Shown here: positions 13,664 through 27,791 of the stretch, one piece after another | How the letters are laid out: each line of letters begins with the position of its first letter | How positions within the stretch are numbered: the first letter of the stretch is position 1 | Assembly (NCBI RefSeq): GCF_006345805.1 | Contig: NC_043011.1 | Span: forward strand, 558,001-622,000 | Source of the DNA: Octopus sinensis | Lineage: Eukaryota | DNA: 64,000 bases | Direction of reading: 5' to 3' | Translations under genes and position numbers: made by a program | Notes under the pieces: generated by a model | What the model was told of the DNA's origin: nothing | Databases searched by the model: none | The model's input: only the letters and a program-made list of their open reading frames with translations

Positions 13664-14735
13664 TCTATGATAATAAATGCAAAAGCTAATGTCAGTGTGT
13701 CAGTGTGTCACATTTTCAACTTTACTCCTCCGACCACCTCTCTCACTATTCAACGACTCTTCTACAATTCCTCATGCTGTACTCCTCTCTCATTATTCAA
13801 TGACTCTTCTTCTATTCTTCATTCTTGGTTTTTCTTAATCCTAATAATTTAAAAAAAAATATTTCTCAAAATATTATGACTATTTCCGAAAGTAATTTCT
13901 CAAATAAACATTTTGAAAAAAATTATTTTCTAAATATTATAACTGTATCAAGTAAATTAACCATAACACATGCTTCATAATGTTCGGAACGGAAATACGT
14001 ATTGAACTCACTTGCTCATACAATATTACCTCTCATAACTCTCTGTCATAAAAATGTTGGAAACTTAGTATTTTTTCAGATATTAATAAAATTTATAGGA
14101 CTTATTTTCATGCCGTCGGCCGTCTGAGCTATGGAAACTTAGTGCACTCCGACTGCATGAAAATGAATTCGACTAATTTTATCATTACCTTAAAGAATAC
14201 TAAAATACTAAATTTCAAACATTTTATCGTCAAATACGTTCAGAGCAATTCCAAACCATAAAAATCGCACTTTAAAATAGTGTTTAGTGACAGTGGTGTA
14301 AGTTTCCTTCAAACTACGAACAAGAGTTTAGATAACAAGAGTTTAGATACCCACCAGCTACGACAAATAATTGTTTGTATGAAAAATAAGACTCCACATA
14401 CATCAAATTGTCTTTAAATTAAGTGGTGGCAGAAGAAGTATCGTTGAACTTTTAAGAGGTAAGTTTATTGTTGCCTACGGCCAGATATATATTGGTTGTT
14501 CAAGGGTAGGGAATGGAATCAAGCTATTTGTACTGATCCCGAATGGGAAGACAAAAAAATGTTGTTTACCATGCAGCTTTGCAATAAGTTCCAAGTCGAC
14601 AAATTAAAATTGTTGTTTTGATGAAAATTATTCATTGCTTGAAAACTATTGTTGAAGTTTAATAAAATTCAATGAAGAGCCCTTTGCAGGAGCTAGCTTA
14701 ACCCCCCACCCCTGATAGGGCGGCTTTTAAGCTAG
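13664..14735 (+). mobile_element. Non-autonomous Helitron
   Basis: A|TC...CTAG|T termini; removing it restores the (ACAT)n tract; subterminal GC hairpin at 14706-14723; helicase motif VI remnant YGQIYIGCSRV..LFVL..GKT at ~14470-14570. Confidence 0.9.
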
Positions 14736-17229
14736 TACATACATATATAGATATGCGTGCGTGTGTGTGCGCGTGTGTGTGTGTGTGTGTGTGCTCCTTG
14801 CTCTGCTTTTCTCTTGTGTTTGTTTAGTCCTTCAGGACAGTTTTCATTCTCCTTTGCGTTACTCTACACTTGTCTGTCTGCTAGCCCACGGATTTTTTTC
14901 TCGTAAATGTACTATTATTATTTTTTGCTATCTTCACCTGACCCTAAGGTCATATTCCTTTTATTTATTTCGTTTTTTTGTCCCTCATCCGCCCACTAAG
15001 AGTCTCGTCTCGAATTCCGTTCATCCATTTTCGTATGTCATTTTCCGTATTCCTTATTCATCCTTGTTTGTCCGCCTCGTTTTGTTTTTTATGTTTTGGT
15101 CGCACTCCCAGCAAGTGTTTATTACTATACGTGTTTGTCTTCTGAAAATATTATTCACGTAATGCCACGCACTCCTTACTTTTTACCTATATATATATAT
15201 ATATGCTTATATATGTATTAAACAAAATTGAAGAAGGGAAGCAATCCAGTATAGCCAGTGGCATGAATTTAGACAACACACATGCACATAAATATATTAA
15301 ATATAAAGCGAATTTTGGATTTATTGAAACTATCTTCGTTTCTAGAGGGGCACAGATAAAATCAGAAGCTTTTTAGCAATTGCAACAGACTCCGAATGTA
15401 AAATCTGTATTTGTTGTCAAATATGTCTGTAGCCGTCTGATGTCTATGGCACTGTGCATCCACCAGGTGCTCAATATTAAAAGCATATTTCGTTTAATTT
15501 TCTTTATGAATGTCATTTGAAATTAATATTCAAGATAATAAATATTTTTGCTTGAAGTTCTTCATTTCTTCAAATTATTTGAAACCTCTGGGTCCTTTTT
15601 ATAGATGAAGTCTTTGTAATGATAGACCTTATGAGACCAATAAATTTTAAAATTTTGCACTATTGTGAAGTATTTCTTTTGTTCTGCAACAGTCTCTGCT
15701 GATTTGTAGGTGTGATTATTTATTGGAAGTATCTGCCAAAATTCAGTTTATGTTGTAGATTCAAATATTTTTTTTCGCACAGTTGCTTGTCTGTTAGCTC
15801 ATTGACAGCGTAGTTTTAAGAGCACCTTTCATATCAATCCAACTATTGTCTTAACCAATGCACTTTTGGGAACTAGATTCATTGCACCATTACTACGGGA
15901 AAGAAAATTTACCTCTTCTACATGTAATAAGGTTTGGTCAAAGTATCCAGTCAACAGATCTCAAAAAAAGATTGACTCATGTTTGTTAGGTAAGCCCAAA
16001 GTTCAACGGTGTTTACTACTTTTGGAATCAGTGGCAGAGGTTGATGAGAGTTATCTGACAGGATTATTTTTACTCCTCCCATATGAGATTTCTTTTCACA
16101 CATGTCCTGAAACACCTGAAGAAACAGTAGTAATACCTATGATTTTATATTGAACTTTGACAAGTAACGACACCGAACAGCTATGTCTTTCCTGTTACAC
16201 CTTGAATATCAATGATGCAAATTCTGGCTTATTGTTGCCAAATCCATCCTAAATAGAATAACCTACTGTGCGCTTGAATTCATTGAAATTTACATTTTGC
16301 TATTAAAGTGTCTTCACTTTATAAGATACGTTTTTCTAAATTTCTTTTACTAGATTATTGACTTCAGAGTAGTTAAATTGAGAGAGAGACCTAACTTTTA
16401 AAGATGTTCGCCATTTATATCCATGAGCTTGTCAATTAGAGTAGCATTATATAAATTTACCTACTTACAATAACACCTTACTAGAGTATACTTGCAGAGC
16501 TTCATGCTTGAAATATTTGGCACGATCACCAGAATATTGAGCTGCAATGGATGTGAAATGGCTGTTTTACAGCGTTTTAACAGTTTGATGATATGAACAT
16601 TAAGACTCATAGGTGTTTAAAATATAGAAGCTTCTGATTATGTTATTATAACCCTGTGCATCATTCTTCAGGCAGCCATGTACAAAGTATGTCTCTAAAT
16701 GGTACAAACTTTAGTACTTACTATTTAAGGTTATTGAAATAAAACTGAACTTCGCACCTCATGAAAAACTCGTAGAAAAAAGCACTGTTAAAACATATGC
16801 CAGATTGGTTTTAACAAAGATATCTCGGTTTTTCCTTTCCGTTACTTCTGGTGTCATGTCTATTGAGATAGTAGTTGATAGTACGGAAATACTTGTGTAG
16901 TGTTGCATTCCTTGGAATTTGTGTTGCGGTTGATTAAGCGAAGTAAACCTTTCAGCCATTTTCCAAGTTGACTGTAAGTTATTAAATACTGGAGTCTCTT
17001 TATGAAGGAGAAAGCCAAAAAGCAGAGCTTCCGCTTCGGAGTACATGCCAATATTGGTTCCTTTAAACGACCAAATAATTCCAGCTGGAAGCCTCACTAT
17101 GTGATTCCATATATTTGGTTTCACTGCCACAGAAGGCCTCTTCTAGAGGAAGCACACAGTTAAAACTGCATCTCCCCAAAAATAACCTTTCTCTTCAGAG
17201 TCAGATGATATTTCATGACGTAACAGTTA

Positions 17230-17630
17230 TCGATACTCTGAAAAACCTTGGCAGAGACTATATTAGAGTATTCCTCTCATGTCTGGAACAGTGTTAATGC
17301 AGCACAGAAAAACATCATAGAACGCAACCACAAAAGGTCAACCCGATTGATTAACACCAAGCTAATTACAAACATGCTCCAGCCTCTAGTCTACCCGCGT
17401 ACTGTCTACTTCCCTGCTCCCATCTCTCGCTTTTTCTTTCTGCATGCACCTTAATATAATAATCTCTGTTTTTTTAAATCGGTTGCAATCATACTACTTC
17501 CTCTCGGGTATTTTCGTCTCACTTACTTCTCCTCTCGTTATATTTTTTTGTCCAACATTTCAGGCCCCAAAATAATTACTATTTCTAGTCCTTTCTTTCC
17601 AGAGCTTCTACTCTCTGGAATTCGCTCCCT
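17230..17630 (+). mobile_element. CR1/Jockey-group LINE 3' remnant
   Basis: LEYSSHVWN...IERNHKRSTRLI resembles the LEYxxxVW..ExVQxRAxR motif. Confidence 0.6.
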
Positions 17631-19699
17631 TTTTATATCTCTACTGCAAGGGGCCAATATCACTGGTATGTATGGGAAGGACTTCAAAGACCATAGGCTC
17701 TGTCTCTCCTTCCAAATCTAGGAAGGAAGGCGTGCATATGTGTACATGTGCGCGTGTTTATGTGCAGTGCATGCGTGTGTGCCATCTTTGTGTTTGTATT
17801 TATCACACATCACTCGGCAACCAGTGTTTATTTGTTTTCGTGCCTATATCGTATCGGTTCAGCAAAAGACCATTTACTTGACTGAAAATTAAGTGCTGGA
17901 GGTGATTTCAAGGGCTAAACCTTTCAAAATGGTGCCTTCAAGATGGTGACTACAGAGGTCTGGTTCGTATGGTCAGTCAAACCCAAAGAATTACCGGACG
18001 TATTATTAATGCCAATGTTAGGCAGGGAAGTTTGCATCTATTATGGACCCTAAATTAGGTGTGATAGAGTAGGAGATCTTAATAGAAGATTTGTTAAAGA
18101 TAGAGTAATATTTATGTTGTGGTGGAAAAATGGAGATAAAATTTTAAAGAAAATCTTGCAGGTTTTCCCACCAAATCTGGGGTTGGAATTGATCTCTAGG
18201 AGTAATAACACCTACTCGAATAGACCCTACACGATTCAATAATACCAACCATAATTCTACTTCCCATACTATTACTAACATGACCACATATAACCGTGGC
18301 GACACCCCTCCTAGCCCAACACCGGTACTTCTTTGGGGGCAGGTGAACCTATGTAAAAATACTTATGTCTTACATTGGCACACTATAATTTCCCTTAAAC
18401 ACTGATTTTCTAAAGGACAAACGATTTTGTTTTTACAGTTACACAAGCACTTATTCACTTGTATTTGATACCCATGGTTAGAAGAACCTTACTATTCCTC
18501 CTCTGAGAATTAGGTGTTAAGGCAGGATTATTATTATGAATAACAATGTGTTAACTGTATTATCAGAGTCAGAATTACTTTTGCTTAAAGAATCGAAATC
18601 TAGTTCAGGAAAATTATTATTACAGTTCATCTCACAATTCACACTATCGATTCTACTCTCGTTTACATATTTTGAGTTGAGATATTTCCTAATTCTCCGT
18701 TTATTATATACTACTATAGTCTCATAATTTCTGGTGGCTGAAAACAAAACTTTTATACTATGGCGATTAAATGATTTCCATATCTGCCTTGAAGAGATAT
18801 TTTAACTAATTCTGAATAAATATTATTAAATTTTATTGGTAATTTTATAATGAAAAGTTGTCACAGATTTCGGAAAACATTTAAATATTTCAATTCTTAA
18901 TTATAATTTGTTTGTATATATTATATAATAAGCATAATTTTGCTATTATATTTAATAGATAAATAAATATTGTCACGTCGTAGAATCTCTATTTCTAATT
19001 ATCATAACATAGAATTCGTATGTTTATTTCTTTTTCTTTCGTTATCGACTGACTTCACCAAGAGTTGAATACAAAAAATAGCTTTTCTTAGATTATATTT
19101 CTTCTCAACGTTCTTTTTGTATGCATTCGTGTACTGGAGACATTTTCTTATTTCACTTTGAACTTAACTCAATTTGTATCACCTTGTAAACGTTCTGTTA
19201 ACATGTATTTTCGGATATATCAATTTGTTAATACAGCAGAAACGATCATCATGGTGGATTCTACAATTAACGATATGATTTTCTCTACCTGTGTTTTTAT
19301 TATCTGATTCCCTAAATTTCTCAAGATTCTTCTAAATATTATTTGGATCTACTTTTCATGCATGAGGAATTAACTTAGATGTTTATTTTACTTGCATTTA
19401 TTGGTGTCTGATAATTTGATATAGTTAACCAAATTCCTTTAAAAATGAGTGCTTTATTGATATCTGTTTGGATTTTTAATCACATTTTTAAAATTCTAGT
19501 ATATATATAAAATAAGATTTGTATGTTTTGCTTTGTATATGTATTTTCATGAATATACTTGCATATCTAGACATGCTCATATATACTTAAATGATAAACT
19601 TCTGGAAAGTTTTACAGATTTTTACATTTCCAGAGATGGATTGGATCTGTAGTATTCGAATCAGCTTTCTCCTTTCTGGATTTGAGAAGCCTAATTTCT

Positions 19700-20530
19700 C
19701 AAGATTGGTATTTAGGTAGTCTGTTACATACCTCAGTGTCCCAATAATTACAGGTATAAACCTGAACTTTAACCTGGATAGAGTAACTGCAGATTTCTTT
19801 ATAGTTCAGCGTAGGTATTCTCTTTTTCGCTGATCTTTATATCCATAACTATACACAGTTTCTCTTCTCTATCCCAAATCATTATGTCTGGTATATTGTG
19901 TTTATATTTTATTGAGGTTTACACTAGGACATTCGACCAGTACTCCTTTTTATTATGTGGTTATGGCTTTCACCATACTGTGGGTTCTTATTTCTTTGTC
20001 TTCGGGTTAATCCTTTCGATGGATCTCGTTATACAGTGTCCTAGAAACATCATGTCTCATCGGGAGATAATATCGTGATGGCATTTTCGGACAACTGCTT
20101 ATGATGTGGTCGATATCTTCGGTGTTAACTCCGCAAAGTCTACATCGGTTGTCACATTTTACTGTTTTTCATGCATCTCTGTCCCTTTTATGCATCAGGT
20201 ATTTGGTTGATATTTCTTGTTTCTGGATTGCATACCCTTCAGAGTAGGAGATAGTAATCCGGTTGTTGGTGATCAATGTTACACTCATCTCTGAGCTTTC
20301 TACTAACATATCCATGCATAGTTTTTTGCTCATAAGTGCTCATCCTTTCATCTGATGATACATTGCGGTAAAATCGTGCGACTACTTTGGCCATGTATTT
20401 AAGGTTATCATACAAGGAATTCTGCTCAAAGAGCTGCTTTCCAAGTCTCGTGATGTTATCAACTTCATCTATGCAAACTTGGTCAACGGATGCACTTCGA
20501 CAACTCGGTGGTTAAAAGATGTTGCCGACA
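19700..20530 (-). mobile_element. R4/Dong-clade LINE 3' fragment (zinc knuckle + restriction-like endonuclease)
   Basis: CRLCGVNTEDIDHIISSC...MRHD and HNIPDIMIWD..CIVMD in the minus-strand translation. Confidence 0.85.
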
Positions 20531-20554
20531 TACATATGTCGGCGGAAGCGTTAA

Positions 20555-21143
20555 TATGTGGTAAGTTTGCTTCCGAACCACATGGTTCCGAGTTCAGTCC
20601 CATTGCGTGACATCTTGGGCAATTGTGTTCTACTGTGGCCTCGGATCAACCAAAGCCTTGTGAGTGGATTTGGTAGTAGAAACTGAAAGAAGCCCGTCGT
20701 ATATACATTACTGTAGCCCGAGGCTATAGTAGAAGACACTTGCCCAAGGTGCTACGCAGTGGGACTGAACCCGGAACCAAATGGTTGGTAAGCAAGCTAC
20801 TTACCAACCCCCTGGTTCTGGGTTCAGTCCCATTGCGTGGCAGCTTGGGCAAGTATCTTCTACTATAGCCTCGGGCCGACCAAAGCCTTGTGAGTGGACT
20901 TGATTGACGGAAACTGAAAGAAGCCCGTGTATGTATGTGTGTGTATACGTTTGTGTGTCTATTTGTCCTCCCAACATCGCTTGACAACCGATGCTAGTGT
21001 AACATAGCGGTTCGACAAAAGAGACCGATAGAATAAGTACTAGGCTTACAAAGAATAAGTCCTGGGATCCATGTGTTCGACTAAAGGCAGTACTTCAGCA
21101 CGGCCGCAGTCAAATGACCGAAACAAGTAAATGAATAAAAGAA
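20555..21143 (+). mobile_element. SINE family A compound insertion with an internal inverted segment (20714-20806)
   Basis: 5' part (+), 5' part (-), then near-complete body (+). Confidence 0.85.
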
Positions 21144-21204
21144 TTATATATATATGTATATATAGGCGCAGGAGTGGCTGTGTGGTAAGCGACTTGCTTC
21201 CCCG

Positions 21205-23030
21205 CGCATGCGTTGGTCAGTGTTTCTTTTTGCACTGCTAGGAGTCACGACACTAACGTGTGAAGCACAGCTACAAGGTAAGACATTTGTTTTTTGGGGG
21301 GATTCAGTGTGGGTTTGTTGCTCGTGTTTGTCTATTTTGTCGAACAAAAAGTCTCCACTGAGTTCCTGGCAAATTGTCTGCCTGTAGTTGTATTTAAAGT
21401 CTCCCTTACAGGTGAGAAGTGTGTTTTGGGGGCGTATTCCTCCTTCTATAATTGTGCTTATTTTTTTTTTACTAATTTTTGGTGAAATCGTTATCTGGCT
21501 GTTTTGTGCACTGGATTACCAAGTGGATTACCGAATTGGCCAGGAGTACCAGAACAGCCAGAAAAATAGTTTGCTGTGTTTTTGAACTGTTTCTTGTCTT
21601 CTTCCTTCCTGCATTCTTTGAACTCTGTGAACTTTTTCCCACAAAAAACATGGCAAAAAAGATAAATAACACTACGTCGGAGTGGGAGATTGTCCTACCC
21701 AAATAGTGGATGAAAAACTTTGAAGAGAGGACGGTGGTGTTAAGGACTTAGTCAAAGTCGCTCGACACCTTCGCGCTCTTTAAAAAGACAGAAATTGAAA
21801 TAGAGATGGCAGAGTACTTGCCAACTATTAAATTCATCTCCAGAGGGGGGTCAAATATGCTACAGTGTGGTTGCTATTGACACTCCTGGGGAGTATCGTA
21901 AATTTGCGAGCCAGCCCTTACAGGGCAAAAAGATTTTATTTCTTCCCACGTATGGTGGGAAGAAGTTGACAACATCCCCAAGTATCACCTGTGCCTGGAA
22001 CCGAACCACATCAAAAAGAACTATCCCCAGGACCACAGTAGGGTCCTGGAACAGTTGGTTGTAGAAGAGATCCCCTCCCTCTCCAGAGGGAGAGATGGAG
22101 GTAGTCGAGGTGGTAGAGACCTCTCCGAAAAAAGGAAGAAGGTAGGCAACAATGGTTGCTCCCCGAAGGACCCTAAAGCTGCGGGATGGAGGGATAATAC
22201 TCCGGTTAAAGCAAGGGAACCACCCCCTCCCGTATCAAAGACAAGGAAAAAAGAAGAAAAAGAATGGGACAGTGCCGGCGGTTAGCAGTATACTGCCGGC
22301 ATGTCCCGAAACCTCGTCGGTGGGAATTGTGCCACCGACGGCGGAAACTGTGGCACCTCCCAATGTAACGAATGAGTAATTTGTGATCTTCTTTCTTAAG
22401 GGAGGGGCTGTAGAGAACTTTGTGAGGAATCTGGAAGGTCGGGAACAAGAGGTCCTGAACTGCATTGAAAGCCCAGATTGGCCTCCGCAGGTAGCTGCGG
22501 ATGTCATAGCGGAAAATTATTTCTACAGGGTGATGGATTCCTTTACCAATGATGAATACAATTATCTTTTATGGGGCCCCGACTTGCGACTGCAGGCGGC
22601 AAGAGACTTAATCGGGGAGGTAGAGTAAGAGGTCTCAGTGCCTCGATTAGAATTTGGTGATTTTGGTAAGTGGCTTAATTCCTCAATTTGAAAGTTACTA
22701 CTTTCACCCTCCGCAAAAAATCCCAAATTTTATTTAATTTGCTTTGCGGGAAGGACTGTTTCAACGAAGTCGCGTATTGTTCTTGTCCTTGTAACGCGGA
22801 ATATACAGGGACAACTGATGAAGGGGAATATTCTTTATGTTGCTTGTCTCGTTTCTCTGTTTTTTTCGTTGTTCAAAAAAAAGTTCGTTTTCTATGTTTT
22901 TGTTTTTATGTTTTCGTTTCTCATTGTGTTCAACGTTTTTTTGATGTCCTGTACCCATATATGCACGTATATATACATATATATGTAGGTATGTACATAT
23001 ATGTATGTATATATGCATATATTTATGTAT
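21205..23030 (+). mobile_element. Internally deleted LINE-like element (possibly L1/Tx1 group): decayed ORF1-like region joined to a 3' tail
   Basis: Broken ORF starting MAKKINNTTSEWEIVLPK; 3' ~330 bp shared with 27300-27712 and 49790-50230. Confidence 0.45.
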
Positions 23031-23159
<129 letters not shown>

Positions 23160-23572
23160 GTATGTATGTGTGTGTCATTATGCGTTTGTCTCCTCGCATC
23201 GATTGACAACCGCGGCTAGTTTGGTTGTTTCCGTAACTTTGTGGGGTTCGGCAAAAGAAGTCCATAGAATAAGTAGCAGGCTTAAAAATCTAAGTATTAG
23301 ACTCGATTCGTTCGACGATACCCTTCAAAGCGGTACATGTGAAGAGAAATAAGGATTAAGTCCAGGCAAGTACTTTGGTAAGCAGTCCGTTTCATAAACC
23401 CGGCTAATAGAAAGACTAATAAAGAGTAGCAATCCGTTTGTGTTACGCATATCATGTGACAGGTGCAACACAGTAAATTCAAGGTTCTTCACCAATAAAT
23501 AGGTTGGTATATAATCACAGATTATAACTGCAGTCAAACAAAGAATGAATATATTCATGAGATACTTTAATC

Positions 23573-23707
23573 GCTAACATGTTTCGAATGATCCAATAAG
23601 TTGTGTCTATTACATACTATGGTTTGCAGGCTCAATCGATCAATTATTTGATCAATTAATAACCCAATTCATAGAACAGTTATTCTACGATACATTCTCA
23701 TCGGAGC
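23573..23707 (-). ncRNA. HHR-like motif with ~110-nt stem II region
   Basis: GCU-CCGAUGA-GAAUG...CAUUC-GAAA-CAUG-UU^AGC; degenerate sister at ~26472-26603 (+). Confidence 0.65.
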
Positions 23708-25200
23708 TTTCAAGTATCTGTCGAATTTTTGGGGGGAAAATAGACGCAATCAGAGTTTGTGGAAGGAAAGACAGCTAATACTAGAATTAAATTTCTTCTT
23801 AATTTTTATCATCTTTATGGCGAGTTCATAATCGTGAGAGGTAATTCCCTTATGAGATGCTGGCGAAATGAAGTCTGTGAGAGAAACGATTGGAAATGAA
23901 GCCTGTTTAGTGTTTATATTAATCTGTCAGTCAAGCAGTAGAGCTGAGTAAAGTCTAGGTTTAGTTGAGTGCGATCCAGCATTTAGTAGAAAACGTAATG
24001 TAATAAAATTACCTTTCTAAATTACTTGACAATTTAAATTTAACTATCGTTAAATAGAATTCTATTAAAATGGAATTAAGCTGAATTACGTTTGCTGTGC
24101 TGATTATAAACTCGTGATTGGAAGGTTGCTTTAAATTTAGAAATTTGATAATATTATGTAGTGAGTATATCAAAAGTGAGGAATAAGAATCATTAGAAAG
24201 TGATTTAATTATCAGGTAAATTAACTCAACATACGATTATTTGGGAGAGGATTTTTTGCAAGATTAAATCGTGGGTGGGTTAATAACCAATAAGTTTTTA
24301 AATTGAACTCCTTCGAGGCGAAGGGAAATCCCAGTCCTTATTCTGAGCTCAATTTTAATGAAACAGGTATTTCTAATCAGGATAATGAAAATGATAAAAT
24401 ATCTCATGTGTCTAGTCAGGATGTAACGGATGATAACATTTCAATGTCTCATATAGGGAATAGCCTACAATAAATGAAAATTCTGATAACTATAGGCCTA
24501 ATGAGTTATGTCTTGTTGGATCCGTAGAAAATGGATAACCAATGTTTAAGGGAAAATATATATAATGTTTGATAAGAACACTTGGAAGTGTCTATCTGTA
24601 TTCAGGCACTTCTGCTACAAAATTCAAGGCCAGAAGAATAATTGCAAAACTTGCTTTAAATACAAAAGAAAAGAAACCGTTACCTTACGGAAGTAGAGTT
24701 AAATAAACCCATACTTAAATTACTTTCTAATGATGTTTAGCCTTCACTTCTGATATATCCACTAAATAATCTTATAGACACTCCTTTCCTAACTATTTCT
24801 AAACTTGATACTGCCTTCCAATCACGAGTTTATAATCATCACACGTAACGTATTTCAGTTTAATTGCTTTTTAAACTTTTAGTTAATAGCATTCTACTTA
24901 ACGATAGTTAACTTTAAATTGTCAAATTATTTAGAGAAGTAATTTTATTACATTCTGGCATAAATTGCAATAAAAATTACTACCATTATACGGAGGAGTG
25001 CTACATATGATGTAGCATGATTTAGAGTTGTTAACATTATTCACCCTGAGGGTCCAAATGAATTTGGCCAATAACAAACGGTTTTCTTTTATATTATATA
25101 ATATTTAAAAGAAGTAATGCGATTATTTATCTAGCCTCGAATTTTGTAGCGAAATAGCCTAAGAAATAATAGACATTTCGAGGTATTATTATCAAACATA

Positions 25201-25618
25201 GGCGTAGGAATGGCTGTGTGGTAAGTAGCTTGCTCACCAACCACATGGTTCCGGGTTCAGTCCCACTGCATGGCACCCTGGGCAAGTGTCTTCTACTATA
25301 GCCTCGGGCCGACCAAAGCCTTGTGAGTGGATTTGGTAGACGGAAACTGAAAGAAGCCCGTCGTATATATGTATATATATATATATATATATATGCGTGT
25401 GTGTGTTTGTGTGTCTGTGTTTGTCCCCCCAACATCGCTTGACAACCGATGCTGGTGTGTTTACGTGCCCGTAACTTAGCAGTTCGGCAAAAGAGACCGA
25501 TAGAATAAGTACTAGGCTTACAAAGAATAAGTCCTGGGGTCGATTTGCTCGACTAAAAGGTAGTGCTCCAGCATGGCCACAGTAAAATGACTGAAACAAG
25601 TAAAAGAGTAAAGAGTAA
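25201..25618 (+). mobile_element. SINE family A, full length (tRNA-derived head, internal microsatellite, AAAGAGT tail)
   Basis: A box TGGCTGTGTGG, B box GGTTCAGTCC; about 10 related copies or fragments in the window. Confidence 0.93.
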
Positions 25619-26619
25619 ACATTATATATATATATTTCCCTTAAACATTGATTATACATTTCCTATACTTCCTACATGACATAAGTTATTAGGCCTATAT
25701 TTATAAGAATTCTCATTTATTGTATTAGTTTTAAGGCCATTCCTTATATGAGACATTGAGATATTATTATTCGCTACACACTGACTAGACACATGTGACA
25801 TATTAGTTTCTTTAGCCTGTTTCATTAAAGTTAAGCCTAGATCGCTTCATACGCTCAGAATAAGGACTAGAATTTTCCATAGGCTGGAAGGTGTTCAGTT
25901 TTAAAAATTATTTCTTATGAATCCACCCACGATTTAATCTTGTAAGAAATCTTCTCCCAAATTATCGAAAGTTGAATTAATTAACTCGATATGTTTTAAT
26001 GATTTTAATTCTTCATTTTTGATATACTCACTAAATAATGTTATCAACAATGTTATCAACATTCCTTTCCGAACTATTTCTCAATACAACCTTCCAGTCA
26101 CGAGTTTCTAATTGTTACACTTTACATAATTTAGTTTAATCATTTTTTAATGTTTTAGTCAATAGAATTCTATTTAACAATATTAATTGTAGTTTAACGA
26201 TTGCTAACTTTAAATTGTCAAATAATTTAGAAAGGTAATTTTATTACATTCTGTTTTCTACTAAATGCTGGATCGCAATGCTGGATCGCACTCAACTAAC
26301 CCTATTAAATAGGCTTTATTTCCAATCGCTTCTCACGCAAACTTCATTTCGCCAACATCTGGTGACAGAATTACCTCTCACAAGTATGAACTCACTGTAG
26401 AGATAATAAAAAAGGTGACGAAATTTATGTCTAGTATTATGTCTTCTAAAAAATTCGACAGATATTTGAAAGCACCGACGAGAATTCATCGTGAAATAAC
26501 TGTTTCTCAAATTAGGTTATTGATCGATCAAATAATTGATCGAGTGAGCCTTCAAACTATAGTGTGTAATGGACTTAACTCATTGGATCATCCGAAACAT
26601 GTATATTTCTTCATCGCCA

Positions 26620-26770
26620 GATCGAGCTGCTACTTCTCCGGATTTGGGAGATCACAGCTCCGGTTCTACGGGCATGTGATTAGAATGTCGCAGAAGAGAA
26701 TCGGAAGACGGATTCTGCAACCCAAGTCAACCAATAGACCAAGCACACGATGGTTGGATAATATCCATAA
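26620..26770 (+). mobile_element. RTE-like LINE remnant
   Basis: QLRFYGHVIRM...RPSTRWLDNI. Confidence 0.6.
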
Positions 26771-26942
26771 GTCTATGTTGATTATATTTGAGTATCCCAC
26801 CGGAAAGTCAAATGATAGTTGTCTCTGATACCACCCTACAGAAGAGGTGACTGAGTACTGTACTCACATGACCTTCTCAGGAAGAGTAGGCGGAGAAAAT
26901 AGACAGCTAAATTTTTTTGGCATACCACACACACACACACAC

Positions 26943-26974
<32 letters not shown>

Positions 26975-27111
26975 GTGATAGTATCAAACAGTGGGAATGA
27001 ATGATCAACGCGGCAGCTGACGGATACATATTCCTTAATTATGGACTAACAATGCTCTGCTGCTAATGGCCTCTGCTTTAGAAGAGAATACACACTAAAC
27101 GAGATTACATA

Positions 27112-27157
<46 letters not shown>

Positions 27158-27199
27158 TATATACATATATATATGTGTGTGTGTGTGTGTATGTGTGTA

Positions 27200-27709
27200 G
27201 AGTGGACGGCTTTCCCTGTCTCTCTCGCCGTCCTCAAAGCGTTCAAAATATTTTTCCATTCGTTCTGGCTTAACAGTCCTCAATGTTCGTGTTACTGTTA
27301 TTCTCCTTGTCCTGTCTTTTACTGTTTATATTTTGTATTGTTTTTACTGTCCTGTTTTTGTTGCCATTTTTACCCCTCCGCAAAAAAATCTCAAATTTTA
27401 TTTAATTTGCTTTTGCGGGAAGGACTGTTTCAACGAAGTCGTATCTCGCCTTTACCTTCGAAACGTGGAGTAGATGAAACAGAGGCGGCTGAAGAAAGGG
27501 AATGTTCCTTGTGTTGTATGTCTTGTACTCTATTTTTTCGTTGTTTAAGAAAAATGTCCATTTCCCTGGTTTTGTGTTTATGTTTTCGTTTCTCATTGTG
27601 TTCGACGTTTTTTTGGTGCCCTGTACCCATATATGCAGGTATATATACATATAGATGTAGGTACGTACATATATGTATGTATATGTGCATGTTTTATTTA
27701 TTATTTTGT

Positions 27710-27712
<3 letters not shown>
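27200..27712 (+). mobile_element. 3' tail copy of the element at 21205-23030
   Basis: High similarity to 22700-23030 and 49700-50230. Confidence 0.8.

Positions 27713-27791
<79 letters not shown>

Larger units (their letters stand above)
23573..26603. repeat. Long diverged inverted repeat (arms ~23573-24560 and ~25630-26603) of PLE origin
   Basis: Arms are diverged reverse complements; GIY-YIG-like remnant near 24540-24660 (CLRENIY..VYLYSGTSATKFKAR); HHR-like motifs at the outer ends. Confidence 0.75.

Noticed and set aside
15300-17150. Possible decayed hAT transposase on the minus strand (similar impression at 46000-47300)
   Set aside because: Only faint motif traces; cannot be supported without a profile search
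25201-25275. tRNA-like sequences (also 39780, 40983, 33979)
   Set aside because: They are SINE heads continuous with repeat bodies, not intact tRNA cloverleaves
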